From IMG/VR virus record IMGVR_UViG_3300046370_000603: a stretch of 64,000 bases of DNA, one strand, 5' to 3'. The notes under the pieces are model-generated. The model did no database searches and had not been told where the DNA came from. It saw only the letters and a program-made list of their open reading frames with translations. The translations under genes and the position numbers were made by a program. Positions 46,901-57,500 of the stretch are shown one piece after another. The number at the start of each line of letters is the position of its first letter. Position 1 is the stretch's first letter. Source of the stretch: a virus.

Positions 46901-49900
46901 AGAATAAGAACTCAGAGGAGTCTGAAGTTGTAAAAAATTATTTAAAGAATTTAATAAAGAAAAAAGAAGATCGAAACTCTAAAGCTCATTCTTTGTTTTT
47001 AGATCCTAATTATAATATTCCACCTGGAGGAATAAGAAACGCTGTAAGCGGATTTGTGCCTAATTTTATGGTCAAGAGACCTGGCATGGGTAAGAGTGGG
47101 TCAGTTTATTCTATACAAAGAGGAAAAGATAGAGTTCTGAACGTGTCTCATATAAGAGCTAATGAAGGTGAGTTTGGGTCAACTATATATAGAAACTTAA
47201 TTAATGAAATAGTTAATGCGGCAAAATCAGGAAATCCTTATACTAAAATTGATGCAGGCTCTATTATTGGACCAAGAATACCAAGAGCTTTATTAGCTGC
47301 AAAAAAAATACTAGACCGAAAAAGAATTACTCAAAATATACCAAAGTTAGAACTAGAAGGAGTTCTTGTCCCCAAACAATTAAGGCGCAGAGTTGAGGAG
47401 TTTAGGCAAAATAATTATACTCGTAGTGGCGGAAAGTTTAATACTGAAGATTCGGTTGAATATTTGCCAGGAGAAGAATCAAAGCTTATAGATTCATTAA
47501 GAAGAATTGGGTTAGGTAGAAACGCTCACAAAAGAAAAAACCTTGTAAGGTTGGAAAACTTGCCAATTGGTAAAAACTTTTCTGACGGATTTATTCCTAA
47601 TTTTGCAAAAAACGCTTTATCTGAAGCTATTAATAGAGAAAGAGAAGCTGGAGTACCTCAATCAAGAATTAGGGTAGAAAGAAGTGCTGATTTAGTATCA
47701 AAACATAACCCAATGGGATTAGCAGTAACTAATACCAGAGATGAACCACTTGGTTTAAATCAAGGTATCAGAAGAGCAAAGATGGAAGGTGTTAATCCCA
47801 AAACTTATGGATCAGGTAGAAATACAACTCCAAATTTTGCAGCGGGAGTCCAAACCACCAAAGGATTTTTTACCACACAAAGAATTAATAGATTAAAAGA
47901 TGGTGATTTTGCCAAGGATAGCAGCGGAAATAAAGTCTATTTAAATATGTTTTCGCCTGATGATCAAAAGAAAATATTGGGCTTTAAAGCTACACATTCA
48001 AAGGAAAATATAGCTAAAGCAAAACAAGTCTCTAGAGATAAAAAAAATAAAACACCTCTGATTGACGCATCTACTCAAGCAACAATGCTTGTAGCAACAA
48101 ATAATTTAAGAAGAAGAGTAGATACGAAATTCAAAACTGACAAAGGTGACGTAAGATTAAAGTATAGAGTTGAAGGGTTAAAACCAGGAGCCCTTAAAAA
48201 TACCGAGGGGAAAATAAGAGACAGAATTGGTGACTTAATGCTAAAGGAGTCTACCTTTTTAGCGAAAGAAATGTCTGGAGCTGGAAAATTCGGTATGAAT
48301 GTTCCGAATGTTACTAGAATGGCAAATGCAGGTAGCATAGGATCTGCCGCTGGATCAATTTTTGAAACAGCCTTGCAGACTGTAGGGAAAAATAAATTAT
48401 TTACAAGAAACAATGCTAGCTTCGATATAGCTGGTGCACCTGATGAAAAATTACAAAAACTTTTTGGATATTACACTCCTTATGCTGATGCAAAAATAGG
48501 TTTAAACCCAGATACAAAAAGAGATTTTAATCAAAAAGTTTTAAAAATTCCTCAAAATGCGGTTCAGTTATCCAAAACTCAAAAAACTAAACAAGCTGAA
48601 GTCTCTAGGGCTACTAGAAAAAGCTATGGACCGCTTACAAGAGCAACAGTAGGTTATATCCCTAATTTTGCAAAACTAACTAAAAGACAGAAACAAGATT
48701 TTGTCAATTCTGGTTTTGCAAAAAATCACAGAGAAGCGAATGCTAAATATAATTTTAGGGATCATCATTACTTAATAGAGAAAAAACTATCTAATAAAGA
48801 ATGGTTGAAGCAGAAAGCGTTTGATCGTGACTATGCAAAAATGACTGGTGTTACAAAAAGAAATACAGCGTATTACGGAACTTATCCAGGATCACAGCGG
48901 GATTACCCAGTTCAACAATCAAGGGCTGTAGCGAGAAACGCTAATGTAGGAGCGAGAGGCGCTGCAATGTCAACTGGAATAGTTAATCAGTTAAATAGCA
49001 CGGTTCAAGGCTTAGTTAGTAGAGTATCTAATATCGAAAAACAATTAAATATAGAAAATCTATCTAATGGTTATATACCAAATTTTGCTAAAAAAGAATC
49101 GTTTAAGCAAAAACAAGCAAGACTACGTAAAGCTGTGAAAAACAACCCTAATGATAAGGGAGCTAAAGAAGCTTTACAAAAGGCTGAGGCCACAAGACGT
49201 GGTAATATAAAACAAAACCAAAAAGACAATCAAGAAAGTAAAGATTCTAAAAGAACAAAAGGTTCCACTTACAGCACAGATTATAATAAAAAATCTCAAG
49301 ATCCGTCAGTTTCCAACCAAGACAAACTTAGAGAAATTATGAGATCTGCTCCAGCTGAAAGTATATCGCAAGTAGAAGTCGAAGAGTTTGAAAGAAATAA
49401 AAAAGCTAAAAATTATATTCCTACGGAAGGTGAAATCACTAGAATCTCAAATCGTGTCGAAAGTGTTTCAAGCGCAAACACCGCTACAAAACTTTCGCAA
49501 GCTGTTGCTCAAGCCCAAATCCCTAAAGGAGAGGCTAAAGAGATTATCAAGGCTGTAAATGTTGCTACTGATGGAGATTTTAAAAAATTGAAAAATCCAG
49601 AAGTGGCGAGGGGGGTACAAAACCAATTATCGAAAATTGAAGATAGAATAACTATTGTTAACCGAGCTCAATCCACAATTCAAGAAATAAGAAAATTAGT
49701 ACAAGAAGCTAGTGCTCAGAAAATTGATTCAACTAAAAATGGGTGGAAAAACTTTGTAAAGCAGATTGACGCTAAAGCAAGCATGAAAAAACTACTTGAA
49801 AAATCTCAAGATTTTATCATGAAAGGAGCTGGAAGTGGAAAGAATCCCTATATATCCGCGATACAGCGGCAAAAAAGATATTTAAAAAAATATAAATATA

Positions 49901-52900
49901 AAAGAGAGCCTGATAATTCATTTCAAAGATTTGGAAATGAAATCAAAAAAAGTGCAGAGAGAAGATATGCAGAAATAATGGGCATCAAACGAGAGGTAGT
50001 AAATCCATTTAAATCTATATATAAAGGTGGCACTTCATTCTTGGATTCAGCAGGAGCAAAAGCATTTAAAGGAGTATCAAAAGGATTAAAATTCATAGGC
50101 AGTGCGGGTAAAAGTATCGGTGGTCCATCTGCAAAATATTTAAAAGAAAGTATATCAGGCGTACCTGTTATGATTGGTAATGATCAAGTACATCTCAAGC
50201 GAGAAGACGCTAAAACTTTTAAAATTAAAAACAGCAATATAAAAGCTGATTTCGCTGCCACCCAGGAAGATTTGATGGATTTATTAAGAGGTAGAAAAGC
50301 TGGTAGTAACGATGATGTTTTTGAGCTGGAAAAAAAATTAGATAGAATAAAAATTCAAAAACAAGCAATTGACGATTTTTACAAAAAATATTCTAAAAAA
50401 ATTGTACCACAAAAAAAATCTAGAACATTTAACACTAAATCTAGATTCGGACGAAGAAGATTTGCTGGAGGTTTTATTCCAAACTTTAGTAAGCTAGCAA
50501 ACTTAATACTCGCTCACAATAAAAAAGTTCAAGCGTCTAAACCTTTAGGCGATAAAGAATACTCAAGTTTAAGTGGTAGGATAGCTGATTTCAATAAAAG
50601 AGTTCAGGGCTCAGGTAAAAGCTCAATGAAGAATAGGCCTATAACTTCTTTGGACAGAAAACAGCCTTTCAAGATTAGCAGAAGAAATAGACTAGAGGAC
50701 CTAGATAATGTAAAAAGATTCGTAAACTCGGATGAGTTCAAGATGTTAGATAAAAACTTACAAAGTAAACTTTTATTATATTACAACAAACGGAAATCTG
50801 AAATTGCATCACTGAAGGATTTAGATCCTCAATACCTTAGGCATTCTAGCGATCCAATGTATCAAGGAAAAATTGCAAACAGGAGTTCTGGTTTTGTTCC
50901 TAACTTTAGTAAGTTGGCGAATTTAATACTGACGCACAATAAAAAAGTTCAAGCGTCTAAACCTTTAGGCGATAAAGAATACTCAAGTTTAAGTGGTAGG
51001 ATAGCTGATTTCAATAAAAGAGTTCAGGGCTCAGGTAAAAGCTCAATGAAGAATAGGCCTATAACTTCTTTGGACAGAAAACAGCCTTTCAAGATTAGCA
51101 GAAGAAATAGACTAGAGGACCTAGATAATGTAAAAAGATTTATGAACTCGGATGAGTTCAAGATGTTAGATAAAAACTTACAAAGTAAACTTTTATTATA
51201 TTACAACAAACGGAAATCTGAAATTGCATCACTGAAGGATTTAGATCCTCAATACCTTAGGTATTCTAGCGATCCAATGTATCAAGGAAAAATTGCTAAT
51301 TACGGAAATGGATTTATGCCAAATTTTGCGCTAGATCAGGCTATAGCTAGAGAATCCGAGGCTTTAAAGAAAAGGGGGGTTTCTTCAAATAAAATAAAAG
51401 TAGAAAAAAGTTCATATTTAAAAAGTGCAATGAATCCCATGGGCCTTGCTGTAACGAATGCAGTCGATGAGCCGATGGGTGTTCAGCAAGGAATCAATAG
51501 AGTAAAAAAACAAGGGTTAAATCCAAAAACTTACGGTGTACCTTCATTCGCTTTATCTGCAGAAGAAAAAAGGTTAGAAAAAGAAAAAGCTGACTTCAAA
51601 TTAGAGCAAGAAAGTAAACGAGGTAGATTTTTAGGTAGATCACAATTTTTGAATCCTTACGCTGGGCTGGATGATGATGAAGCTTTTAAACTTAAAAAAG
51701 ATCAAGAGGCATATAAGGAAAAAACAAAAGGCACTAAAGGTATCAAAAGGTATATGCAGCACGGCATGTCTCCAGAAGGTCAAAGAAGAATGTCTGTAGT
51801 GGGAGGCAAAATGGGTAACGCTGCAATGGGAGCTATGTTTATGGGGCCAATGGCTGCAGAAATGATTCGAGATGGAAGAGAAGATGCTGCTATAGGCGGA
51901 GGAGGAAGAATGGGTATGGATGTAATGAATTCAGCGGCACTAGGAGCTGCTTTTGGACCTTGGGGCATGGCGCTTGGAGCTGGTTATGGAGTTGGAAAAG
52001 GTATAACAGAATTTGGTCAAAGAGATAAGCAAGCTAATACCTTCAAAGCTTTAGAGGGAGCTAAAAAGAAGCTTGATGAAATCATGAGTGATACTTCCAG
52101 TATGCAAAGTTTTGCTCAGGGAGTTCAAGAGTTGCATGTTGCTACTCAATCAGGTGATTCAAAAGGTATTGTTGCAGCAAATAAACAAATCAGGCAATCT
52201 ATTAATAATATAGCCGACCCAGAGGTTAGAAAGAGAATGCAGTCGCTTGCAAAATCAAGCATGAGCTCTTCAAAAAAATTAGAGTTGCTAGGTGCAGCAA
52301 TTGGTAACATGGGCGAAGAAGCTGAAAAAAGATCTGGCATGCTTGCAGCTGGGAAAAGTGCAAATGACGAAAGATTTGCTGGAGCTAATGGGTTTCAAGA
52401 TAGTTGGTTCGGAACTGGGGTTCAGGGAACAGTTGCTGGAGCAAAAACAGCGTTTGATTTTTTAACAGGGGGTGGGAATACTTTCGATTACAACATGAAA
52501 ACTTTAGGCGGAGAAGATGCTTTTCAAGGAAATCTTGGAGCAGCTAAAGACCAAGCAAGGTCATTAAACCAAGCCTTTAAAGCAGAAGCTAAAAGAATGG
52601 CTAGAGAAAACTTATACACAGATTTATCGAAAGGTAGGGGTCCGATAGCCGCTCCAGAACTCGTAGGAAAAACTAGTGAAGAAATTGAGCTCATGCGACA
52701 AAATGATGTAGGGTTAGACGCAAAATTAAGCCAAGAGCAGGATATAGCGTATGCACAATTGTATAAAGATACAATAAAGCAGTTTATGAATAATAAAAAA
52801 TTATCTGATACAGATATAGGAAAAAACTTAAAACAGCTTCCTGGCGGCGAAGAAAGTTTCGAAAATTTTGATCGACAAACTACATTTGAGGATGGTAGTT

Positions 52901-54564
52901 TGGCAACGTTTGGAGGGGCAATATTAAAAGAATTTGCCGACACAGCTTTAGATGCAAAAGATGGGCTGGAAGGACATAGTGAAGCTATAAAAGCAGCTAT
53001 TGAGACTCAACAAAAAATTGTAAACCTCGAACAAAAATTATTGTCTGAATATCAAAATATGCTTCAAGCTCAACAAAATGTTAATCAAATGATGAGTAGG
53101 TTTGCGACCAATCAAGACATTGGAAGTTATAGACAACAAACAGATTCTATGGTAAGAACAAAAGCTAATGATTATTTAACTGATAGAAATTATATTGATC
53201 CAAGGCAATATATTGCTAGAGATGCAGGAAATCAGAAACGCGACATTATTGCGGAAGGTGAATCAGGAATGCGTCAAGAGTTCATGAATTTGATTGCAGG
53301 AATTGATGTGACTAAAATGTTCAACCCAAGCGGTACTCAAAAAAAAGAGATGGGTATCAAGGATCCTGTTCCAACCAGTGGAACTGGGGCATTTCAACAA
53401 AAAGTTGACCAACGAGAATCTCAAGCAGACCAACAATTAGCAAGAGCATTAGCTGATTTTGCGGCTCAAAATAAAGACGGAAATGTAACTTTAAATGAGA
53501 TGAGAGGATTTTTGAGCAAGATTGACAGAACGGGGCAGGCAGGAAATAGAATAGCTAGCGCAGCTAAAGATATAGAAAATGCTACAAGTCAGAAGATGAT
53601 TGCTCAACTAGAAAGACTTGCAGTAACAACTATGATCAGAGAGGGGGAAGCAGCTTCTGGAAGATTACAACAACAAGGAGGAAAAAGATTAGGGGATGGA
53701 GAAATAAAAGCTGGAGTAGACGCTGCGGTAGAAAGTGATAAAGATATTCTTGATCTCGTTAATAATTATATGAGTCAAGGTTCTTTGCCTGGAGATAGTA
53801 TCATAGCAGGTGCAGCAGATAGTATAGATGCCTTTAGGCAATTGGCTGCAGTAATGGGCGTAAGCTCAACTCTATTTACTGGACTTAATGATGATACATC
53901 AAATTATTTAACAGCTTTAGCGGATGTTAATGGGATGATGGAGCAGTTGGAAAATTTTGATCCTCAAAAAGCATCCGAATTAAAACCTGTTTTTGAAAAA
54001 ATTAAATCTAGCTTAGATGCAGATTATAAAACTACTCAAATTGTGGCTGAAGAATTAAAAAGAATGGCTGGTGAAGGAGGAGTGGATCCAAATTTAGTAA
54101 AAGATCCTATAAAAGCTCTTACTGTACAACTAGGAAATTTATGGGGACAGGGATTAAAAATCACTAACTTGCAAGAGCTTACAACTCCATTAACACAATT
54201 ATTAACTAATCAAGACGGCAATGGCGATGGCTCAGGTTCCCCTATAACCCCGTCAGGTGCACCCGTAGGAACAAGCGATGACGGTACACCAAAAGGAACT
54301 GAGGGCACAGAAGTAGATTTTTCCTCTGCGATAAAAGCTTTAGAGGAATTACCTGGTCAAATAAGCTCGCAATTAAGTGAGTTGGTTATTAATCATGAAG
54401 TTACTGGCGGAATAACTTTTGACTTCAATTCAGATGTTGTGCAAGGAGTCTTAACTCCAGTCATGAGAGATCAATTAAAAAGTATTTTGCAGGAAGGAGT
54501 TATATTAGATTATCTTGCCACAGCGTTAAAGAAAAAAGTTGACCCTCAAGGAGTTTTAGAATAA
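43963..54564 (+). CDS. Tape measure protein (TP901-type core) with modular central insert
   Basis: N-terminal ELARQG...V....A.S.ADLAEAISRAG...RGGSVIGNGFKSIFTR core; 3533 aa; G[FY]xPNF-bounded modules. Confidence 0.9.
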   Translation: MSVVNIPTAATGYRQSIIRDAQGAQRVVNRMQMSPTLNPSGIIQPLGRITNSASEFQKSMDASAARVFAFGAAVGVINGVSEAFRAMIAATAEVEKSLKDIQVVMEASNSAMQKFGDGLFDVARNTATSFKDVAESATELARQGLSAEETLARVNSALILSRLSGLDAVKSTETLTAAINSFNKEGITHSEIVNRMANVDAAFAVSSADLAEAISRAGAVAQSSGVSFNQLAAVVTAVQQRTARGGSVIGNGFKSIFTRIKRSGVREALEEIGVATKNNDGSFRDSMSVILDYADVYKNLSDSQKAYTAEQLAGVYQIQNLQALIQDLNSGYSIYNKALGVANNTTNEAIQRNKDLNTTLSAMFTQTQLSAKELASSLGELALSGNFKEILTFLNNLAQKLNDLLSEDGGNNLAKNLVRGIGSFLTGPGMVILGAAFLKIFGLVTKFAKEAFSDILGLNKESKRQQSLQAAIGQVLSTNSGIYQKILAAGSNTAKQEQIILNLIRQETAERIKQEALIKRIAASSRLVGIGASESGFVPMGKKTAQARGRKVLGMSNGFLPAFNREQRDINTGVGGARKSDKPVLLKNHKMGGGKVNDVVAHTGEWTVRNFKGSGGTAIFNRDMASAYGLPSGAKKINASSGFIPNFAKFTNESHTMTSAQLGGSQSGKGPISRLSDVIDSFTGKIKVAKMDFTNKDLGKNATDIVRGNKAQNIPGLIESDPKALRAGRTKYRVNKKAVGMLNKRYGNLVKDGPYAGIVTTAKSISESKYNNYKTSQGQPDQIKDYFKSVTGLLKGVEGEHQSIKYLANSGLKNVKPIQGAGSFDLSAKNSKGKKAKMFEVKAKEKQNVVVGLKKAADQYLKLKAITQKNSGQDPIGIKNGRPDKINLTSGNALFAGGINMLTAADTKLSANKISPLSEENKKFKQEEVFKQIKSFTNLDFKDRQALYKDKTNEEIWSKARKALEDKPKDQLNFYLRSLQNKNSEESEVVKNYLKNLIKKKEDRNSKAHSLFLDPNYNIPPGGIRNAVSGFVPNFMVKRPGMGKSGSVYSIQRGKDRVLNVSHIRANEGEFGSTIYRNLINEIVNAAKSGNPYTKIDAGSIIGPRIPRALLAAKKILDRKRITQNIPKLELEGVLVPKQLRRRVEEFRQNNYTRSGGKFNTEDSVEYLPGEESKLIDSLRRIGLGRNAHKRKNLVRLENLPIGKNFSDGFIPNFAKNALSEAINREREAGVPQSRIRVERSADLVSKHNPMGLAVTNTRDEPLGLNQGIRRAKMEGVNPKTYGSGRNTTPNFAAGVQTTKGFFTTQRINRLKDGDFAKDSSGNKVYLNMFSPDDQKKILGFKATHSKENIAKAKQVSRDKKNKTPLIDASTQATMLVATNNLRRRVDTKFKTDKGDVRLKYRVEGLKPGALKNTEGKIRDRIGDLMLKESTFLAKEMSGAGKFGMNVPNVTRMANAGSIGSAAGSIFETALQTVGKNKLFTRNNASFDIAGAPDEKLQKLFGYYTPYADAKIGLNPDTKRDFNQKVLKIPQNAVQLSKTQKTKQAEVSRATRKSYGPLTRATVGYIPNFAKLTKRQKQDFVNSGFAKNHREANAKYNFRDHHYLIEKKLSNKEWLKQKAFDRDYAKMTGVTKRNTAYYGTYPGSQRDYPVQQSRAVARNANVGARGAAMSTGIVNQLNSTVQGLVSRVSNIEKQLNIENLSNGYIPNFAKKESFKQKQARLRKAVKNNPNDKGAKEALQKAEATRRGNIKQNQKDNQESKDSKRTKGSTYSTDYNKKSQDPSVSNQDKLREIMRSAPAESISQVEVEEFERNKKAKNYIPTEGEITRISNRVESVSSANTATKLSQAVAQAQIPKGEAKEIIKAVNVATDGDFKKLKNPEVARGVQNQLSKIEDRITIVNRAQSTIQEIRKLVQEASAQKIDSTKNGWKNFVKQIDAKASMKKLLEKSQDFIMKGAGSGKNPYISAIQRQKRYLKKYKYKREPDNSFQRFGNEIKKSAERRYAEIMGIKREVVNPFKSIYKGGTSFLDSAGAKAFKGVSKGLKFIGSAGKSIGGPSAKYLKESISGVPVMIGNDQVHLKREDAKTFKIKNSNIKADFAATQEDLMDLLRGRKAGSNDDVFELEKKLDRIKIQKQAIDDFYKKYSKKIVPQKKSRTFNTKSRFGRRRFAGGFIPNFSKLANLILAHNKKVQASKPLGDKEYSSLSGRIADFNKRVQGSGKSSMKNRPITSLDRKQPFKISRRNRLEDLDNVKRFVNSDEFKMLDKNLQSKLLLYYNKRKSEIASLKDLDPQYLRHSSDPMYQGKIANRSSGFVPNFSKLANLILTHNKKVQASKPLGDKEYSSLSGRIADFNKRVQGSGKSSMKNRPITSLDRKQPFKISRRNRLEDLDNVKRFMNSDEFKMLDKNLQSKLLLYYNKRKSEIASLKDLDPQYLRYSSDPMYQGKIANYGNGFMPNFALDQAIARESEALKKRGVSSNKIKVEKSSYLKSAMNPMGLAVTNAVDEPMGVQQGINRVKKQGLNPKTYGVPSFALSAEEKRLEKEKADFKLEQESKRGRFLGRSQFLNPYAGLDDDEAFKLKKDQEAYKEKTKGTKGIKRYMQHGMSPEGQRRMSVVGGKMGNAAMGAMFMGPMAAEMIRDGREDAAIGGGGRMGMDVMNSAALGAAFGPWGMALGAGYGVGKGITEFGQRDKQANTFKALEGAKKKLDEIMSDTSSMQSFAQGVQELHVATQSGDSKGIVAANKQIRQSINNIADPEVRKRMQSLAKSSMSSSKKLELLGAAIGNMGEEAEKRSGMLAAGKSANDERFAGANGFQDSWFGTGVQGTVAGAKTAFDFLTGGGNTFDYNMKTLGGEDAFQGNLGAAKDQARSLNQAFKAEAKRMARENLYTDLSKGRGPIAAPELVGKTSEEIELMRQNDVGLDAKLSQEQDIAYAQLYKDTIKQFMNNKKLSDTDIGKNLKQLPGGEESFENFDRQTTFEDGSLATFGGAILKEFADTALDAKDGLEGHSEAIKAAIETQQKIVNLEQKLLSEYQNMLQAQQNVNQMMSRFATNQDIGSYRQQTDSMVRTKANDYLTDRNYIDPRQYIARDAGNQKRDIIAEGESGMRQEFMNLIAGIDVTKMFNPSGTQKKEMGIKDPVPTSGTGAFQQKVDQRESQADQQLARALADFAAQNKDGNVTLNEMRGFLSKIDRTGQAGNRIASAAKDIENATSQKMIAQLERLAVTTMIREGEAASGRLQQQGGKRLGDGEIKAGVDAAVESDKDILDLVNNYMSQGSLPGDSIIAGAADSIDAFRQLAAVMGVSSTLFTGLNDDTSNYLTALADVNGMMEQLENFDPQKASELKPVFEKIKSSLDADYKTTQIVAEELKRMAGEGGVDPNLVKDPIKALTVQLGNLWGQGLKITNLQELTTPLTQLLTNQDGNGDGSGSPITPSGAPVGTSDDGTPKGTEGTEVDFSSAIKALEELPGQISSQLSELVINHEVTGGITFDFNSDVVQGVLTPVMRDQLKSILQEGVILDYLATALKKKVDPQGVLE
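50470..51309 (+). repeat. 420-bp direct tandem duplication inside tape measure
   Basis: 50470-50889 and 50890-51309 nearly identical; each starts at a GF(I/V)PNF codon run. Confidence 0.95.
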
Positions 54565-57500
54565 GTGAATTTTAATAATGTAGAAATTTTAGGAATTTCA
54601 TTCCAGAATAATAAATTTGATTCTGATTTAACTTTTAATCGGACTAAAACAATTAGTGTTTCTGGTTATTTATTAAGCTTATCTAATACAGAGGGCGTAA
54701 AAACTATACTACAAGAAACAAATGATATTATTGAGATTGAAAACAATTTAAATACTCAAGATGGATCAATAACTCATGGACTGCAAGAAATATTTATTAA
54801 CAGTGTAAGTTTTGGGGAGGGCTTGGTATCCAATTACTCTATAAAGGGAGATCAAATTCAAGACGCTAGATATACGGCGACAATAAATTTTATAGAATCA
54901 ATTGATATAGCCAACCTAAAACTTAGTGAAAATAAAAACAATAATTTAAGCTTTGGAGATTCAGATATTTCTGCAAATGATTTTAAATATTTACGGTCCA
55001 TAGATGAAGATTTTGATTTTAAAAATAATGGAGATGAAGTAGAGGTAAATCATTCAATTAATTGCTCTTTTTCAAGAAAGCAGTCCTTATTACCAAAAAG
55101 AAAAAACTTATGGCAGAACGCTAGTATTCAAACAAGTAAATTAATTAATTTAAGAAACAAAGGAAAAGGATCTGTAAAAGTTTTAGCGGGAAATACATCT
55201 ACTCAAAGTATAAATTTGGAAGCTGGAACTTATGTGCTAGAGTTTGAGTACCTTGGACAAAACTCAACATCTTCAGGAAATTGTACTGTTGATTGCTCGG
55301 GATCGTCTATAACCTTAAATACAAAAAAGGGGAACAAGAGGCTAGAATTTGAAGTTTCTTCAACTTCTTCTGTTAACATTAATTTAGTAGCAAATTCTAC
55401 TAGAGATACATTTTTTGATAATTTTTATTTATGTAATAAAACAGATCTTCCATTAGAAAAATCAAGGAGTCTCGCAAATTTTTTACTATCTTCAACCCCT
55501 GAATATCCAATTGTATTAGATAGTATATCAGATAAATATTCTGTAACTCAATTTTTTGATAATTTTGAAACTACAGAAAGTTTTGATCAGATAAATTTAA
55601 ATTATTCGATATCAAAAAAACTTACATTTGGAGATTTAGATTCCAGTAATAATTATTCAAATAAAAATACTTTAACAATTGAAATAAGCGAAGCAGGGAT
55701 TATTACAGTTACAGAAAAAAATGAAATAAAATGCTTGACCGAAAAAACTGACGCTAAAATTAAAAACTTTACAAGCATAGTAGAGGCTGCCTCGAGGGAC
55801 AGGTGTGTTAGCGCGCTAAGCTCGTATAATAACTATTATAAATCTGGATGCCCTACTCCAACAAGGACTCAGGTTATTGACGAAAATCAAATTTATGATA
55901 TAGAAGAAAGTAAAAGTTTAGTCTATAATTTTAAAAATGGAACATCTGAGTTGACCATGGTTTACTCGAATGACCCTCAAAATATAAAATCTACCGATAA
56001 GTATTATAAACTTCAAGATTCAGTTAATATAGAAAATACAGAAGGTTATCAATTATTGTCATTTAATGGATCTGCTAAAGGAAAAGGCGATGATTCAAAT
56101 ACAAGAAAATTAAACGGAAAACAAGCGCTGCTAGATTTTGATACCAATAAAGATGCCTTAATTAATCAAATAAAAACAGACCATAATCTGTCGGGCGAAT
56201 TTGTGGAGATAGGTCGAACCCTTTCAACAGAAGGGTTTTCTGGATCAATAACATATGGTTTAACTTTTAGTAATAAACCATCATATAGTGATATGCCTGA
56301 GTCCGTAAAGAGCTTAGTTAAGAAATATGAAATAGAAGTTGTGTCTGATGAAAGAGTTGGTTTATTTAATGAATTTGCGATTAATTGTAATGCTGTCGCT
56401 CAAGTCATGGGAGATTTATTTCAACCAAAAGCTTTAAATGTTAGTATATCAGTATTTGGGAAAAAGAATGTGGGAATTGTTGATTTAGTTAACGCATCTA
56501 AAGCTATATTAGTGCATAAAAATTTAATGTTTGGCTTAGGATCAGAAGGGTCAAAGCAAGATGTTGAAAATAATTATAATAAAGAAGAGTATACAGTAAA
56601 GGAAGATTTTTCCTACAACCAAGTAGAAGATAAAGTTCAATATAATAGATCAGTTTTAGACTTATCTGAATGCTTAGAGTCAGATAAAGGGGATGCGAAT
56701 CACGGGTGGATAGATTTAGGTAATGTACCAACCCCAACTCCTTTTGCTTCTTACGTATATAACGAAACTGAATTTGAATACTCCTACACACCGCCACCAG
56801 TAGAAGATTGGAACTACGACGAATATGGTTATAATTTTTCAACCCCAATACCTTTTCCAACTCCAACAGAAATAATTGATCCAACTCCAACTACTTACTA
56901 CGTACCTACGTTCACTCCAACAATAACAAAAACGCCAACTAATTTTCCGACGCCAATAATAACAACTCCAACCCCCACCCAGCAATTCGAAAATGTCGAA
57001 GTTTTTATTCCAGAAAACTGGAATAATAGCATTAATAGTTTAATGAGTATTAGTGACTATCAACTTTTATACGGAAAACAATGTTTTGATGATAGTGCGT
57101 CTATAACAGATTTAAACGAAAGATTAATTTCAAATTCCTATGCAAATAATAGTTCGGTTAAAGACTGCATCAGAGCTGGAAGTGGAGATAGGTGGTATAG
57201 TTTTATTTTTGCTATACCTACTGGATCTAATTTTACGCCACCACACTCAGATGATTGTGAGTTTTTTGAGGTAGAAGTGCCTGTTTTCTTTCAAGAAAGT
57301 ATAGAGTGTTTAATAAAATCAAAAACTGATGGATCATGCTTGGGGACTAATCAAAATTATGTAGGAGCAATGGTTAACCCTGGAACTTTTGAATACTCGT
57401 ATGAACAAGTAGATGTGAGTTCAAAAATAATAAATTCATCTTCAAATAATTCTTCGCACCCTTATTTTAATAATGGTATAGTTGTTACAGGTAGCACAGT

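Noticed and set aside
44265-52943. Antisense ORFs within the tape measure (and similar ones in rIIA, terL and capsid genes)
   Set aside because: Shadow frames of long genes, with no promoters or protein motifs.
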